64,000 bases of DNA from an uncultured Gemmatimonadales bacterium (GTDB lineage Bacteria > Gemmatimonadota > Gemmatimonadetes > Longimicrobiales > Gaopeijiaceae), in the NCBI GenBank assembly GCA_963823035.1, contig CAWGKG010000012.1, forward strand, positions 32,001 to 96,000, in the 5' to 3' direction. The position numbers and the translations under genes are program-made. Every line of letters starts with the position of its first letter. The stretch's first letter is position 1. The notes under the pieces were generated by a model. The model was given only the letters and a program-made list of their open reading frames with translations. It was not told the DNA's origin and ran no database searches. This document shows positions 38,647-48,531 of this stretch, piece by piece.

Positions 38647-39252
38647 ATGGCACAGTTGCTGATGCCCCAGGCGACCGCCGTCTGGCTGGTCGATAACACG
38701 TCGCTGACCTTCCAGCAGATCGCCGAGTTCTGCAGCCTGCATCCGCTGGAGGTCCAGGCGATCGCGGACGGCGAGGTCGCGACCAACATCGTCGGCCAGG
38801 ATCCGGTCATCGCGGGCCAGCTCACCGCCGAGGAGATCGCCCGCTGCGAGGCCGATCCCACGGCCAAGGTCCAGATGCGCGAACGGATCGACCTGCCCAA
38901 GGTCAAGCCGACCAAGGGTCGCTATACCCCGGTCGCCAAGCGCCAGGACAAGCCGGACGCCATCGCCTACCTACTGAAGCGGTTCCCGCAGCTGACCGAC
39001 GCCCAGATCGTGCGCCTGATCGGCACGACCAAGCAGACGATCGCCCAGGTGCGCGACGGCACCCACCGCAATGCCGAGGAGTTGACGCCCAAGGATCCGG
39101 TGCAGCTCGGCCTGTGCAATGCGCGCGACCTCAACGCCGAGATCGAGAAGTCGAACACCAAGATCCGTGCCCGTGAGGAGGCGCTGACCAAGGCGCGCGC
39201 CGAGCTCGCGGCCCGCGAGACGGAAGGTACGCCCGGGCCGGGCGGCTTCTAG
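38647..39252 (+). CDS. trcR: Cell-cycle transcriptional regulator TrcR (DUF1013)
   Basis: LLMPQATAVWLVDNTSLTF.QIAEFC.LH.LEV, RYTPVAKRQDKPDAI, GTTK.TI, DPVQLGLC. Confidence 0.92.
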   Translation: MAQLLMPQATAVWLVDNTSLTFQQIAEFCSLHPLEVQAIADGEVATNIVGQDPVIAGQLTAEEIARCEADPTAKVQMRERIDLPKVKPTKGRYTPVAKRQDKPDAIAYLLKRFPQLTDAQIVRLIGTTKQTIAQVRDGTHRNAEELTPKDPVQLGLCNARDLNAEIEKSNTKIRAREEALTKARAELAARETEGTPGPGGF

Positions 39253-39274
39253 ACGCAGTACGGCACACGATCAG

Positions 39275-39312
39275 CAGCGGCCCGGGCAGAACGCCCGGGC
39301 CGCTGTCGTTTC
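39275..39312. terminator. Strong hairpin terminator after trcR (possibly bidirectional)
   Basis: CAGCGGCCCGGGC-N5-GCCCGGGCCGCTG perfect 13-bp stem followed by TCGTTT. Confidence 0.7.
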
Positions 39313-39359
39313 AGGGGCACGAGGGTCCTCTCCTTACTCATATTCCAGATTAGAATTGA

Positions 39360-39373
39360 CCGATAATTATCGG
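39360..39373. promoter_or_regulatory. Perfect 14-bp palindrome in an AT-rich island (candidate operator)
   Basis: CCGATAATTATCGG, overlapped by TTGACC. Confidence 0.5.
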
Positions 39374-39430
39374 AAATAAATGATTTTCTTTGATTTTGAA
39401 ACAGGGAGTTAAGGATCCCTCTGGCCGAGT

Positions 39431-39997
39431 TCAATCGCGAGATTCGGTCTCGGGCTTCTGATGGCGCGACAGCAGCGGCATCTGGGCGAGCGTGAAGAGC
39501 AGGGTCAACACGGTCAGGCCGAACACCTTGAAGCTGACCCAGATGTCGGTCGGCTGGGTGCGCCAGACGACCTCGTTGAGCGCCGCCATGGCGACGAAGA
39601 AGAGCGCATAGCGCAGGGTCAGCTTGCGCCAGCCGTGGTCGTCGAGGTCGAGCGCCTTGCCCATGACCGCCTTCAGCGGCGCGCGGCGCAGCAGCAGGCC
39701 GATGCCGAGCACGGCGGCGAACACGAGTTGGACGATGGTCGGCTTCATCTTGATGAAGGTGTCGTCGTCGAACAGCAGCGTCAGTCCGCCGAAGACGCCG
39801 ACGACCGCGGCCGTGACCAGCGCCATCACCGGCACCCGGCGCGCGACGGCGTAGCTGACGATCAGCGCCACGACGGTGGCGCCGATCAGCGCCGCGGTCG
39901 CCGTCATCAGGTCGCCCAGCGGATAGGCGACGAAGAAGACCGCGAGCGGGCCGTAGTCGGTCAGCGGTCGGAGCCAGCGCGGCTGCTCGGCGGTCAT
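39431..39997 (-). CDS. yciB: Septation protein A / inner membrane protein YciB (IspZ)
   Basis: DYGPLAVFF, FGGLTL, FIKMKPTIV, ALNEVVWR, WVSFKVFG. Confidence 0.95.
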   Translation of the reverse strand: MTAEQPRWLRPLTDYGPLAVFFVAYPLGDLMTATAALIGATVVALIVSYAVARRVPVMALVTAAVVGVFGGLTLLFDDDTFIKMKPTIVQLVFAAVLGIGLLLRRAPLKAVMGKALDLDDHGWRKLTLRYALFFVAMAALNEVVWRTQPTDIWVSFKVFGLTVLTLLFTLAQMPLLSRHQKPETESRD

Positions 39998-40078
39998 GTC
40001 ACAGTTCCGTTGTCATGGCGTCTGCGCCACCAATATGGTGATGACCGCGAGCGAACAACCCGCATGGGGGCGAGGTGC

Positions 40079-40723
40079 ATGAGCCTGCAGGAACAACTTG
40101 CCGCGATCGACGCGACCCTGCCGCGGGACAAGGCGGAGGCGATCGCCCGCCACATCGCCCGGATCGCGTCGAGCGGCGCCGGCAACGACGCCCTGAAGGT
40201 CGGCGACACCGCGCCCAACTTCATCCTGCCTGACGGCCACGGCAACGCGGTCTCGCTGCGCGCCCTGCTGCTCGACGGCCCGGCGGTGCTGGTGTTCTAC
40301 CGCGGCCGCTGGTGCCCCTATTGCAATGCCGAGCTCGCTGCGTTCCAGCTTGCCCTGCCCGAGATCAGCGCGCTGGGCGCCCGACTGGCGGCGATCTCGC
40401 CCGAGCATCCCGACGGATCGCTGACGCCCGAGGAAGTCGACCGGCTCACCTTCGAGGTGCTGAGCGATGCCGGCAACCGGGTCGCCCGCCAGTTCGGCCT
40501 CGTCTACCGGCTCGACCAGGAGGCGCGCGACCTGGTGACGGAACTCGGGGTCGACCTCGCGGCGAGCAACGGCGACGAGAGCTGGGAGCTGCCGGTGCCG
40601 GCGACCTTCATCGTTGCACCCGACCGGCGCATCGTCTTCGCCTCGGCCGATCCCGACTACCGGCGGCGCGCCGACCCGGCCGACGTGGTCATGGCCCTCG
40701 ACGCGCTCGCGGCGCGCCATTGA
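40079..40723 (+). CDS. Peroxiredoxin-like AhpC/TSA family protein
   Basis: GDTAPNFILPD, FYRGRWCPYCN, ISPE, LSDAGN.VA.QFG, LPVPATF. Confidence 0.9.
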   Translation: MSLQEQLAAIDATLPRDKAEAIARHIARIASSGAGNDALKVGDTAPNFILPDGHGNAVSLRALLLDGPAVLVFYRGRWCPYCNAELAAFQLALPEISALGARLAAISPEHPDGSLTPEEVDRLTFEVLSDAGNRVARQFGLVYRLDQEARDLVTELGVDLAASNGDESWELPVPATFIVAPDRRIVFASADPDYRRRADPADVVMALDALAARH

Positions 40724-41358
40724 GCGCCGTGGCGAAGGGGCTCCCCGCCCGCTTCGCCGCCTTGCGCGACGCGCTCACCGCGTTCTGCCGCGAACGGGCC
40801 GACGCAGGCGGGCCGGCAGCGCCGATGTTGGCCGACGTCGGCGCGGAACTTGCCGGCCTGGAGCTGCCCGCAGTCATCGATCCGCCCGGACGCCTGCCCG
40901 GCTGCCGGCACTATGCCGGAGCGATGGCCGAGGCCCTGGCGGGCCCACTGGCCGGGGTCGCCGCCGCCTACGACGCGCTCGAGCCCGACCTCGCCTGGGT
41001 CCAGACCGAGCACTACCGCGCGGCCCTGGGCGACGACCATATGGCGAACTACGCTTACGCCAACCTCGTGGGCTGGCAGGGCCTCGTGCCGCATGCGCGC
41101 ATCGCCACCGGGCTGTTCGTCATCGGCCCCGGCCGTCACTACCCTGATCACCACCACGAGGCCGAGGAGATCTACGTCCCGCTCTGCGGCGACACCCTGT
41201 GGAGCCAGGCGGGCAGGCCCGCCACGACCCATGCGCCGGGCAGCATGATCCACAATCCGCCCTGGCAGCGCCACGAGATGACGACGCAGACGACTCCGCT
41301 CTTCGCCGTCTACTTCTGGCGCGGCCCAGTGCTCGACAAGGCGCGACTGGTCGCCTGA
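40720..41358 (+). CDS. DMSP-lyase family cupin (DddQ-like)
   Basis: GLFVIGPGRHYPDHHHEAEEIY, HNPPWQRHEM, PLFAVYFW; TTG start overlapping upstream stop. Confidence 0.75.
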   Translation: MSAVAKGLPARFAALRDALTAFCRERADAGGPAAPMLADVGAELAGLELPAVIDPPGRLPGCRHYAGAMAEALAGPLAGVAAAYDALEPDLAWVQTEHYRAALGDDHMANYAYANLVGWQGLVPHARIATGLFVIGPGRHYPDHHHEAEEIYVPLCGDTLWSQAGRPATTHAPGSMIHNPPWQRHEMTTQTTPLFAVYFWRGPVLDKARLVA

Positions 41359-41660
41359 GAGTTCAGACCGACCGGGTCGAGGAAGCCCCGGTCCGCCTCG
41401 CCGCACCAGTAGGAGAGCCGCTCGGCCAGGAAGTCGGCCGGGGTGGCCGCGTCCGCAGAGGTGCGCACGGCCGCAAACCACTCGGTGTGGAGGCCACGCG
41501 CGCCCAGAGGGCGGGCCGCGATCAAGCCGCGCTCGACGTAAAGCCGCGCCGCCCAGCGACTGACGGTGCTGATCCCGAAGCCGGCCCGGACCAGCTCCAG
41601 GATCGCGTCCAGCATCCCGGAGCGGACGTAGCGCACCGGCACCACGCCCGCCGGGCGCAG
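41310..41660 (-). pseudogene. C-terminal remnant of a LysR-family regulator
   Basis: LRPAGVVP....DAILELVRAGFGISTVSRWAA....GL.ARPLG.RGL...W.AA; no HTH or start upstream. Confidence 0.75.
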
Positions 41661-41876
41661 GGCGAGATCGCCGAGCTCTACGTCGACCCCGCCCGGCGCT
41701 CCCACGGCGTCGGACGAATGCTGGTCGAAGCGGCCGCCGCCATCGGCCGCGAGCGTGGCTGGACCAGGCTCGAGGTCGGCGCCCCTCCGGCCGCCGCCTG
41801 GGCCCGCTCCGTCGCCTTCTACGAGGAGTGCGGCTTCGCGGAGATCGGCCCGCGTCTCGGCCTCGCCCTGGGCTGA
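41661..41876 (+). pseudogene. C-terminal remnant of a GNAT acetyltransferase
   Basis: GEIAELYVDPARRSHGVGRMLV...RGWTRLEVGAP....RSVAFYEECGF; N-terminal half absent. Confidence 0.75.
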
Positions 41877-41955
41877 CGGCGTCCGCACGCTTGCCCTTGC
41901 GCCCCGTCATCGCGCAGGCGACCTTGCGCCGCCACAGGGCCAGGGGACACGCGAC

Positions 41956-42778
41956 ATGACGACCGGAACGCTGGAGACGCAGGCCGTCTCTCTCCACTAC
42001 ATCCAGCAGGGCAACGGGCCCGATCTCGTCTGGATGCCCCGGCGGCGACCAGACCGGCGAGGAATGGCTGGAGCAGATGGCGGCCTGTTCCCCGACTTCC
42101 GCTGCACCAGCTTCGACCCGCGCGGCGCGGGCCGCACCGTCGAGCCGTCAACCACCGCCGTGGCCGATCGCGACCTATGCCGACGACCTCGCCGCCCTGA
42201 TCCGCGAGGTCTGCAACCCTCCCGTGGTGGTGGTCGGCCTCTCCATGGGCGCGCTGATCGTCCAGGAGATGCTGCTCTCGCACCCGGAGCTGTGCAGGCT
42301 CGGCATCGCCATGGGCACCTCGGGAAAGAAGGGCGGCTTCATCCACGAATGGGAAGATGCCGAAATCCGTTTCCGCGAATCCGGCGGCAAGCTGCCGCCG
42401 GATTTCGCGCTTGGCCCACTATGCGCTGCTGATGTACCCGTCGGAGGTGCTCGGCGACGATGCCTTGTGGGAGAAGTGCAAACCCGTCGTCGCCGCCGCC
42501 TATGGCGAGCGCGACGGCGAGATGCTGGCGGCCCAGTGGCAGGCCTGCCTTGAAGTATTCGGCCATGGACCGCCTGCCCGGCTGCACCCGGCCGCTCCAT
42601 GTCATCGGCTTCGGCCAGGACATGCAGACGCCGCCGGCGCGCGGCCGCCTGGTCGCCGAGGCCGCCGCCGACGGCCATTTCCACCTGCTCGAGGGTCTCG
42701 GCCATTGCTCGCTGTTTCGCCACAAGCCGGAGGTCGTCGGCCGGCAAGATCCGCGAGATCCTGGCCGCCCATGGCTGA
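41956..42778 (+). CDS. Alpha/beta fold hydrolase, frameshifted
   Basis: FDPRGAG, GLSMG nucleophile elbow, C-terminal GH. Confidence 0.85.
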
Positions 42779-43323
42779 CACGCCTCGACCCGACGTCGAC
42801 TCTGGTGCCGGCGACCCGCAAGGACGTCCAGCTGGTCCAGGCCCTGGCGCAGTTCTATGTCTACGACATCGCGCGCGCGGTGCTGCCGCAACTCGACGCG
42901 GACGAGGCGCGCGCCTGGGACCCGACGCGCGCGTGGCTCTACGACCCCGGCGACTGGTCGGGCTACTGGGACGACGGCAACCACCCCTTCCTGATCGAAG
43001 CGGATGGGCGGCTGGCGGGCTTCTGCCTCATCGACCACCGCGCCATCGTCGAAACGCTCGACTGGAACATGGGCCAGTTCTTCGTGCTCGCCACGTTCGC
43101 CGGGCAAGGCATCGGGCGCCGGGCCGCGTGCCTCGCTTTCGACCGCTTTCCGGGCCTGTGGCAGGTGACCCAGATTCCGGAGAACCTGCCGGCGATCGCC
43201 TTCTGGCGCCGGGTGATCGGCGACTACACCGGCGGGCGCTTCGAGGAGCGCAGCCGGCCCGACCCGCTGGAGGAGGGCGAGCCCCGGAACGTGATGATCT
43301 TCCGCACACCGGTCGAGGGCTGA
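42771..43323 (+). CDS. GNAT family N-acetyltransferase, frameshift near 5' end
   Basis: LAQFYVYD, PFLIEADGRLAGF, MGQFFVL...GQGIG, N.PAIAFWRRVI. Confidence 0.85.
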
Positions 43324-43341
43324 CCTCGCGCCGCGCCGCCG

Positions 43342-43912
43342 CTAAGGGCGGCGCCAGTCCACCGGGACGAGAGCGCAATCCATCGGATCGCCCTGTCCCA
43401 GGCCGGGGTCGCGGGTCGGGATCGCGACTTCGCCGGAGCGCACCCAGCAGCGCGCATCGTCGCCCGTCCAGCGGGTGGCGAACGCCCGGCGCCGGTGAAC
43501 GCCGCGGTTGGCCAGCGCACCGTGGACGACCATTGCCTGGAAGACGAAGCGGCGGAACGGCTCATGCCTTTTCCACAGATCGAGGTCGCCGAAGACGCGC
43601 CCTTCCCCTTCGCATGCTCCTCCGCATGGGGGCCGGGATGCGCCACCGCCACCTCAACCGCCTTAGACCAAGCTGCAATGAGCTGGACTCATAGCAGCTT
43701 GGTCAGCGCGCGACGGCGCGCCGCGGCTTATGCCGCGAGAGCCAAGCCCGCGGAGCGGGCGCCCGGCAATTGAGGGCGGCGCCGTTGATCGGTTTCGATC
43801 AATGGCGCCTGGTATTACGCCGCAACTCGGTCCAGTCGAGCGGCATGACGCCCCGCAGGCAGACGATGCCGGCGGCCTCGTAGGTCGCGATATCCTTCTC
43901 GTTCGGCGCGCA
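43342..43912 (-). pseudogene. Phytanoyl-CoA dioxygenase (PhyH) family pseudogene with MITE insertion and large internal deletion
   Basis: N-term IATYEAAGIVCLRGVMPLDW, then PGP..E...GRVFGDLDLWKRHEPFRRFVF fused directly to C-term QAMVVHGA..N...RRRAFATRWTGDDAR...DPGL. Confidence 0.75.
43666..43814. mobile_element. 149-bp non-autonomous MITE-like element with TTA target duplication
   Basis: TTA at 43663-43665 and 43815-43817; imperfect terminal inverted repeats (11/16); a hairpin at each end; removal restores the PhyH reading frame. Confidence 0.75.
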
Positions 43913-43918
43913 CCGTGC

Positions 43919-44344
43919 TCAGAACTCCGAGAGCGCCAGCATGTGTCGTGCAAGATAGGGATGCGCCGATACCACGGCGCCAAAGCGCTTGTCGGCCGTC
44001 ACGACCGGCCATTGCTCGCGCAAGGCCAGGGCAAGATAGAAGCAATCGTAGGCAGGATGCTGAAGGTCCGACGCCATGCGCGTTGCCGCGGCCATCAGGT
44101 CCTTCATCGGGCACGACACGTCGATCGGTGCGCGTCCGAGTGCGGACACCGCTTCCCTCACCTGTTCGTCCGAAAGCCGGCCGCGTGCCTGCAGCGTCCG
44201 AAGCGCATTGGCGACCTCGGCATAGATCAGTTGGGGCGCATGCAGTCGATGGTCGTCACTCAGGAGGATCGCAGCCTGGTCGGAGCCCTCCTCCCGCACC
44301 AGCCACTTCACCGCGACGCTTGCGTCGACGACAACGTCCTTCAC
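43919..44344 (-). CDS. vapC: Type II TA toxin, PIN domain (VapC/FitB-like)
   Basis: VVDASVAVKW, EVANAL, YDCFYLALA, VTADKR. Confidence 0.92.
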   Translation of the reverse strand: MKDVVVDASVAVKWLVREEGSDQAAILLSDDHRLHAPQLIYAEVANALRTLQARGRLSDEQVREAVSALGRAPIDVSCPMKDLMAAATRMASDLQHPAYDCFYLALALREQWPVVTADKRFGAVVSAHPYLARHMLALSEF

Positions 44345-44586
44345 GGCGCGTGATCGCTGTCGCGGTCGGCGCGAATAATATCCGTGCTGTCGAGGTCCGA
44401 ATGGAGACGACTGCGCAGGTCCGCCGCTAGCGCGGCAAACCCCTTCATGTCGAGTTCATCCTCCAGCAGCGCCTCTCGGAGAATTTCACGCAACTCGGCC
44501 TCGGCCGAGTGGCCATGCTCGGCCGCCCGCTTCTTGAGGGCACGGACGATGCGATCATCGACATTACGCACGGTGAGCTGAGCCAT
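44341..44586 (-). CDS. FitA-like ribbon-helix-helix antitoxin
   Basis: MAQLTVRNVDDRIVRALKKRAAEHGHSAEAELREIL, DSTDIIRADRD; 4-bp overlap with toxin. Confidence 0.92.
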   Translation of the reverse strand: MAQLTVRNVDDRIVRALKKRAAEHGHSAEAELREILREALLEDELDMKGFAALAADLRSRLHSDLDSTDIIRADRDSDHAP

Positions 44587-44601
44587 ACCTGCCTACAGTC
44601 C

Positions 44602-44622
44602 GATGCCTTCATTGAAGGCATC
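44602..44622. promoter_or_regulatory. TA autorepression operator
   Basis: Perfect inverted repeat GATGCCTTCA-T-TGAAGGCATC 15 bp upstream of the antitoxin start. Confidence 0.7.
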
Positions 44623-44658
44623 ATATGGTGGCAGCAACATGTTGGACAAGACCGGCGC

Positions 44659-46584
44659 TTACGTCTCCTTCGCGTATCCCAGCGGTTTCAGGGCGTCGGC
44701 GATCTCGCCCAGGATGGCGGGGTCGTCGATCGTGGCCGGCATGGCGTAGCTTTCGCCGTCGGCGATCTGGCGCATGGTGCTGCGCAGGATCTTGCCCGAG
44801 CGGGTCTTGGGCAGGCGCTCGACCACGGTCGCCGGCTTGAAGCTCGCGACCGGGCCGATCTCGTCGCGCACCATCTGGACGACCTCCTTGACGATCTCCT
44901 CGTCGCGGCCGGTTGACGCCCGCCTTCAGCACCATGAAGCCGACCGGGACCTGGCCCTTCAGCTGCGTCGGCGACGCCGATCACGGCGCACTCGGCGACG
45001 TCCTGGTGCTTGGACGAGCACCTCCTCCATGCCGCCGGTCGAGAGCCGATGGCCGGCGACATTGATGATGTCGTCGGTGCGGCCCATGACGTAGAGGTAG
45101 CCGTCCTCGTCGATATAGCCGGCATCGCCGGTTTTGTAGTAGCCGGGGAAGTCGGCCATGTAGCTGTCGATCGAAGCCGCTCGTCGTTGTGCCACAGCGT
45201 CGGCAGGCTGGCCGGGCGGCAGCGGCAGCTTGACGCAGATGGCGCCGATCTCGCCGGCCGGCAGCCGGCTTGCCCGTCCTCGTCCAGGATGTCGATGTCG
45301 TAGCCCGGCACCGGCTTGGTCGGCGAACCGTACTTGACCGGAAAGCGCCCCAGGCCCAGGCAGTTGGCCGCCATCGGCCAGCCGGTCTCGGTCTGCCACC
45401 AGTGGTCGATCACCGGCACGCTCCAGCATCCGCTCGGCCCATTGGATGGTATCGGGGTCGGCGCGCTCGCCGGCCAGGAACAGGGTGCCGAACGCTCGAG
45501 AGGTCGTAGTCGCCGATCAGCTCGCCCTCGGGATCGTCGCGCTTGATGGCGCGGAACGCGGTCGGCGCGGTGAACAGGGCCTTGACCCCGTGCTGCGGCG
45601 ATGACGCGCCAGAACACGCCGGCATCGGGCGTGCCGACCGGCTTGCCCTCGAAGATGATCGTCGAGCAGCCATGCAGCAGCGGCGCGTAGACGATGTAGC
45701 AGTGGCCGACGACCCAGCCGATGTCGCGAGCCGGCCCACCAGCCGTCGCCCGGATCGACGTCGTAGACGCGCCTTCATCGACCATTTGAGCGCCACCAGC
45801 GTGGCCGCCGTTGTCGCGCACCACGCCCTTCGGCTTGCCCGTGGTGCCCGAGGTATAGAGGATGTAGAGCGGGTCGGTCGCGGCGACGGACACGCAGTCG
45901 GCCGGCGCCGCCTTGGCCAGCCTCCTCGGCCCAGTCGAGGTCGCGGCCGGCGTTCGAGGTCCGCCGCTCTGTTCGTCGCGCTGCAGGACGATGACCGTCG
46001 CGGCTTGTGGCTGGCGATCTCGATGGCCTGCGTCCAGGATCGGCATGTAGGCGACGACGCGTCCGGGCTCGATGCCGCAGGACGCGGTCAGGATCAGCTT
46101 CGGCTCGGCGTCGTCGATGCGCTTGGCGACCTCGCTGGCGGCAAAGCCGCCGAACACCACGGAGTGGATCGCGCCGAGGCGCGCGCAGGCCAGCATGGCG
46201 ATCACCGCCTCGGGCACCGTCGGCATGTAGATCAGCACCCGGTCGCCCTTGGCGACGCCGTTGGCCTTGCAGCAGCCCCGGCGAAGCGCGCCACCGCGTC
46301 CTTCAGCTCGGCGAAGGTGAGGGTCCGGATGGCGCCGGTGATCGGGCTGTCGTAGATCAGCGCCGCCTGGCCGCCCCGTGCCCGCCTCGACATGGCGGTC
46401 GACGGCGTTGTAGCAGGTGTTGCGTCTCGGCCCCGGTGAACCAGCGGTAGAACGGCGGGTTGTCGAGTCGTCGAGCACCCTGTCCCAGCGTCTTGGTCCA
46501 GTCGATCGCCTCGGCGAGCTCGCCCCAGAACCCTTCCGGGTCCTCGATCGAACGGCGATAGGCTTCGTCATACGCCCGGGTCAT
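44659..46584 (-). CDS. prpE: Propionyl-CoA synthetase, frameshifted
   Basis: DPLYILYTSGTTGKPKGVVRDNGGH, DHWWQTETG, GRTDDIINVAGHRLSTG, LPKTRSGKILR, PATIDDP. Confidence 0.92.
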
Positions 46585-46804
46585 CGGCGCCTGCCTTTCC
46601 ACATCCGTCGCGGCCCGGGCTTACCGGACCAACCTTGCCGATGGCCGCGCCATCGGATCCGTGGCGTCGACCTTGCTGGCAGAGATCGATACAGCATGGG
46701 CCGCCCGGTCAAGCCGCAGGGTCGCGGGCCAGGGTGCGACGCCAGGCCATTGCACATTGCGCCCGTGTATCGGCAAACGATCGATGCCGCCAGGGAGGAC
46801 GTTC

Positions 46805-48454
46805 ATGGACTCGACCTACGACCACGCATCTGGAGCGCAACGCGGCCAACTATGTGCCGCTGTCGCCGCTGTCGCTTCCTGCCCCGCACCGCCGCGGTCT
46901 ATCCCGACCGCACCGGCCTATGTCCACGGCGCGCTCAGCCGCTCCTACCGGGACTACTTACGCGCGCTGCCGCCGGCTTGCCTCGGCGCTGCAGGCGCGC
47001 GGCATCGGCAAGGGCGACACGGTCGCGATCATGGCGGCCAACATCCCGGCCTTCCTGGAGGCCCATTTCGGCGTGCCGGCCATGCGGCGCGGTGCTCAAC
47101 TCGCTCAACATCCGGCTCGACGCAGCGGCCATCGCCTTCATCCTGGACCATGCCGAGGCCAAGGTGCTGCTGACCGACACGCGCGTTTTCCGCCGTCGTC
47201 AAGGACGGCGCTCGCGCTGGCCAAGGCCGAAACCCCTGGTGATCGACATCGACGATCCCGAGAACGCGGCGGGCGGCGAGCGGCTGGCGAGATCGAGTAC
47301 GAGGAGTTCCTCGCCGAGGGCGATCCGGAGGCCCGCTGGGAGCTGCCCGCCGACGAGTGGGACGCGATCAGCCTGAACTACACCTCCGGCACCACCGGCA
47401 ATCCCAAGGGCGTCGTCTATCACCACCGCGGCGCCTACCTGAACGCGCATCGGCAACGTGCTCGCCTGGGCCATGCCGCCGCATCCGGTCTACCTGTGGA
47501 CCCTGCCCATGTTCCACTGCAACGGCTGGTGCTTCCCCTGGACCATCGCCGCTGGTCGCCGGCACCCACGTCTGCCTGCGCCAGGTCGCGGCCGGGCCGA
47601 TCTTCGACGCCATCGCCGACGCACGGCGTCACCCACCTGTGCGGCGCGCCGATCGTGCTCAACATGCTGATCAACGCCAAGGCCGACGAGCGCCGGAGCT
47701 TCGACCATCCGGTCAAGGTGATGACGGCGGCCGCGCCGCCGCCGGCCGCCGTGCTCGCCCGCATGGAGGCGATGGGCTTCGACGTCACCCACGTCTACGG
47801 CCTGACCGAGACCTACGGGCCGGCGGTGGTGTGCGCCTGGCACGGCGCCTGGGACGAGCTGACGCTCGACGAGCAGGCCGACCTGAAGGCGCGCCAGGGC
47901 GTGCGCCTATCCGGTGCTCGAGGGGCTCACCGTCGGCCGACCCGGAGACCTGCGAGCCGGTGCCCGCCGACGGCGAGACCATCGGCGAGGTCCTGTTCCG
48001 CGGCAACATCGTCATGAAGGGCTACCTGAAGAACCCGAAGGCGACCGACGAGGCCTTCGCCGGCGGCTGGTTCCACTCCGGCGACCTGGGCGTCATGCAC
48101 CCGGACGGCTACATCGAGCTGAAGGACCGCGCCAAGGACATCATCATCTCCGGCGGCGAGAACATCTCGACCATGGAGGTCGAGAGCGTGCTCTACCGCC
48201 ACCCCAAGGTGCTGGAGGCCGCCGTGGTCGCGCGCCCGGACGAGCAAGTGGGGCGAGACGCCCTGCGCCTTCGTCACCCTGAAGGACGGCGCGACCGCGA
48301 CGGACCGAGGAGATCATCGCCTTCTGCCGCGACAACATGGCCCACTTCAAGGCGCCCAGGCCGTCGTCTTCGGCGCCCTGCCCAAGACCTCGACCGGCAA
48401 GGTGCAGAAGTACGTCCTGGTGACCAGGCCGCGGCGCTCAACGAGGGCGATTGA
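46805..48454 (+). CDS. Acyl-CoA synthetase (medium-chain / DmdB-like family), frameshifted
   Basis: [73 protein letters not shown]. Confidence 0.9.
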
Positions 48455-48531
48455 ACGGCGGGCGACGCAGGCCGGGGTTGCCAGCAAGCGCCGCTGCGTC
48501 TAATCGAGTGGCGCCCGCGGGGACCCCGTCC

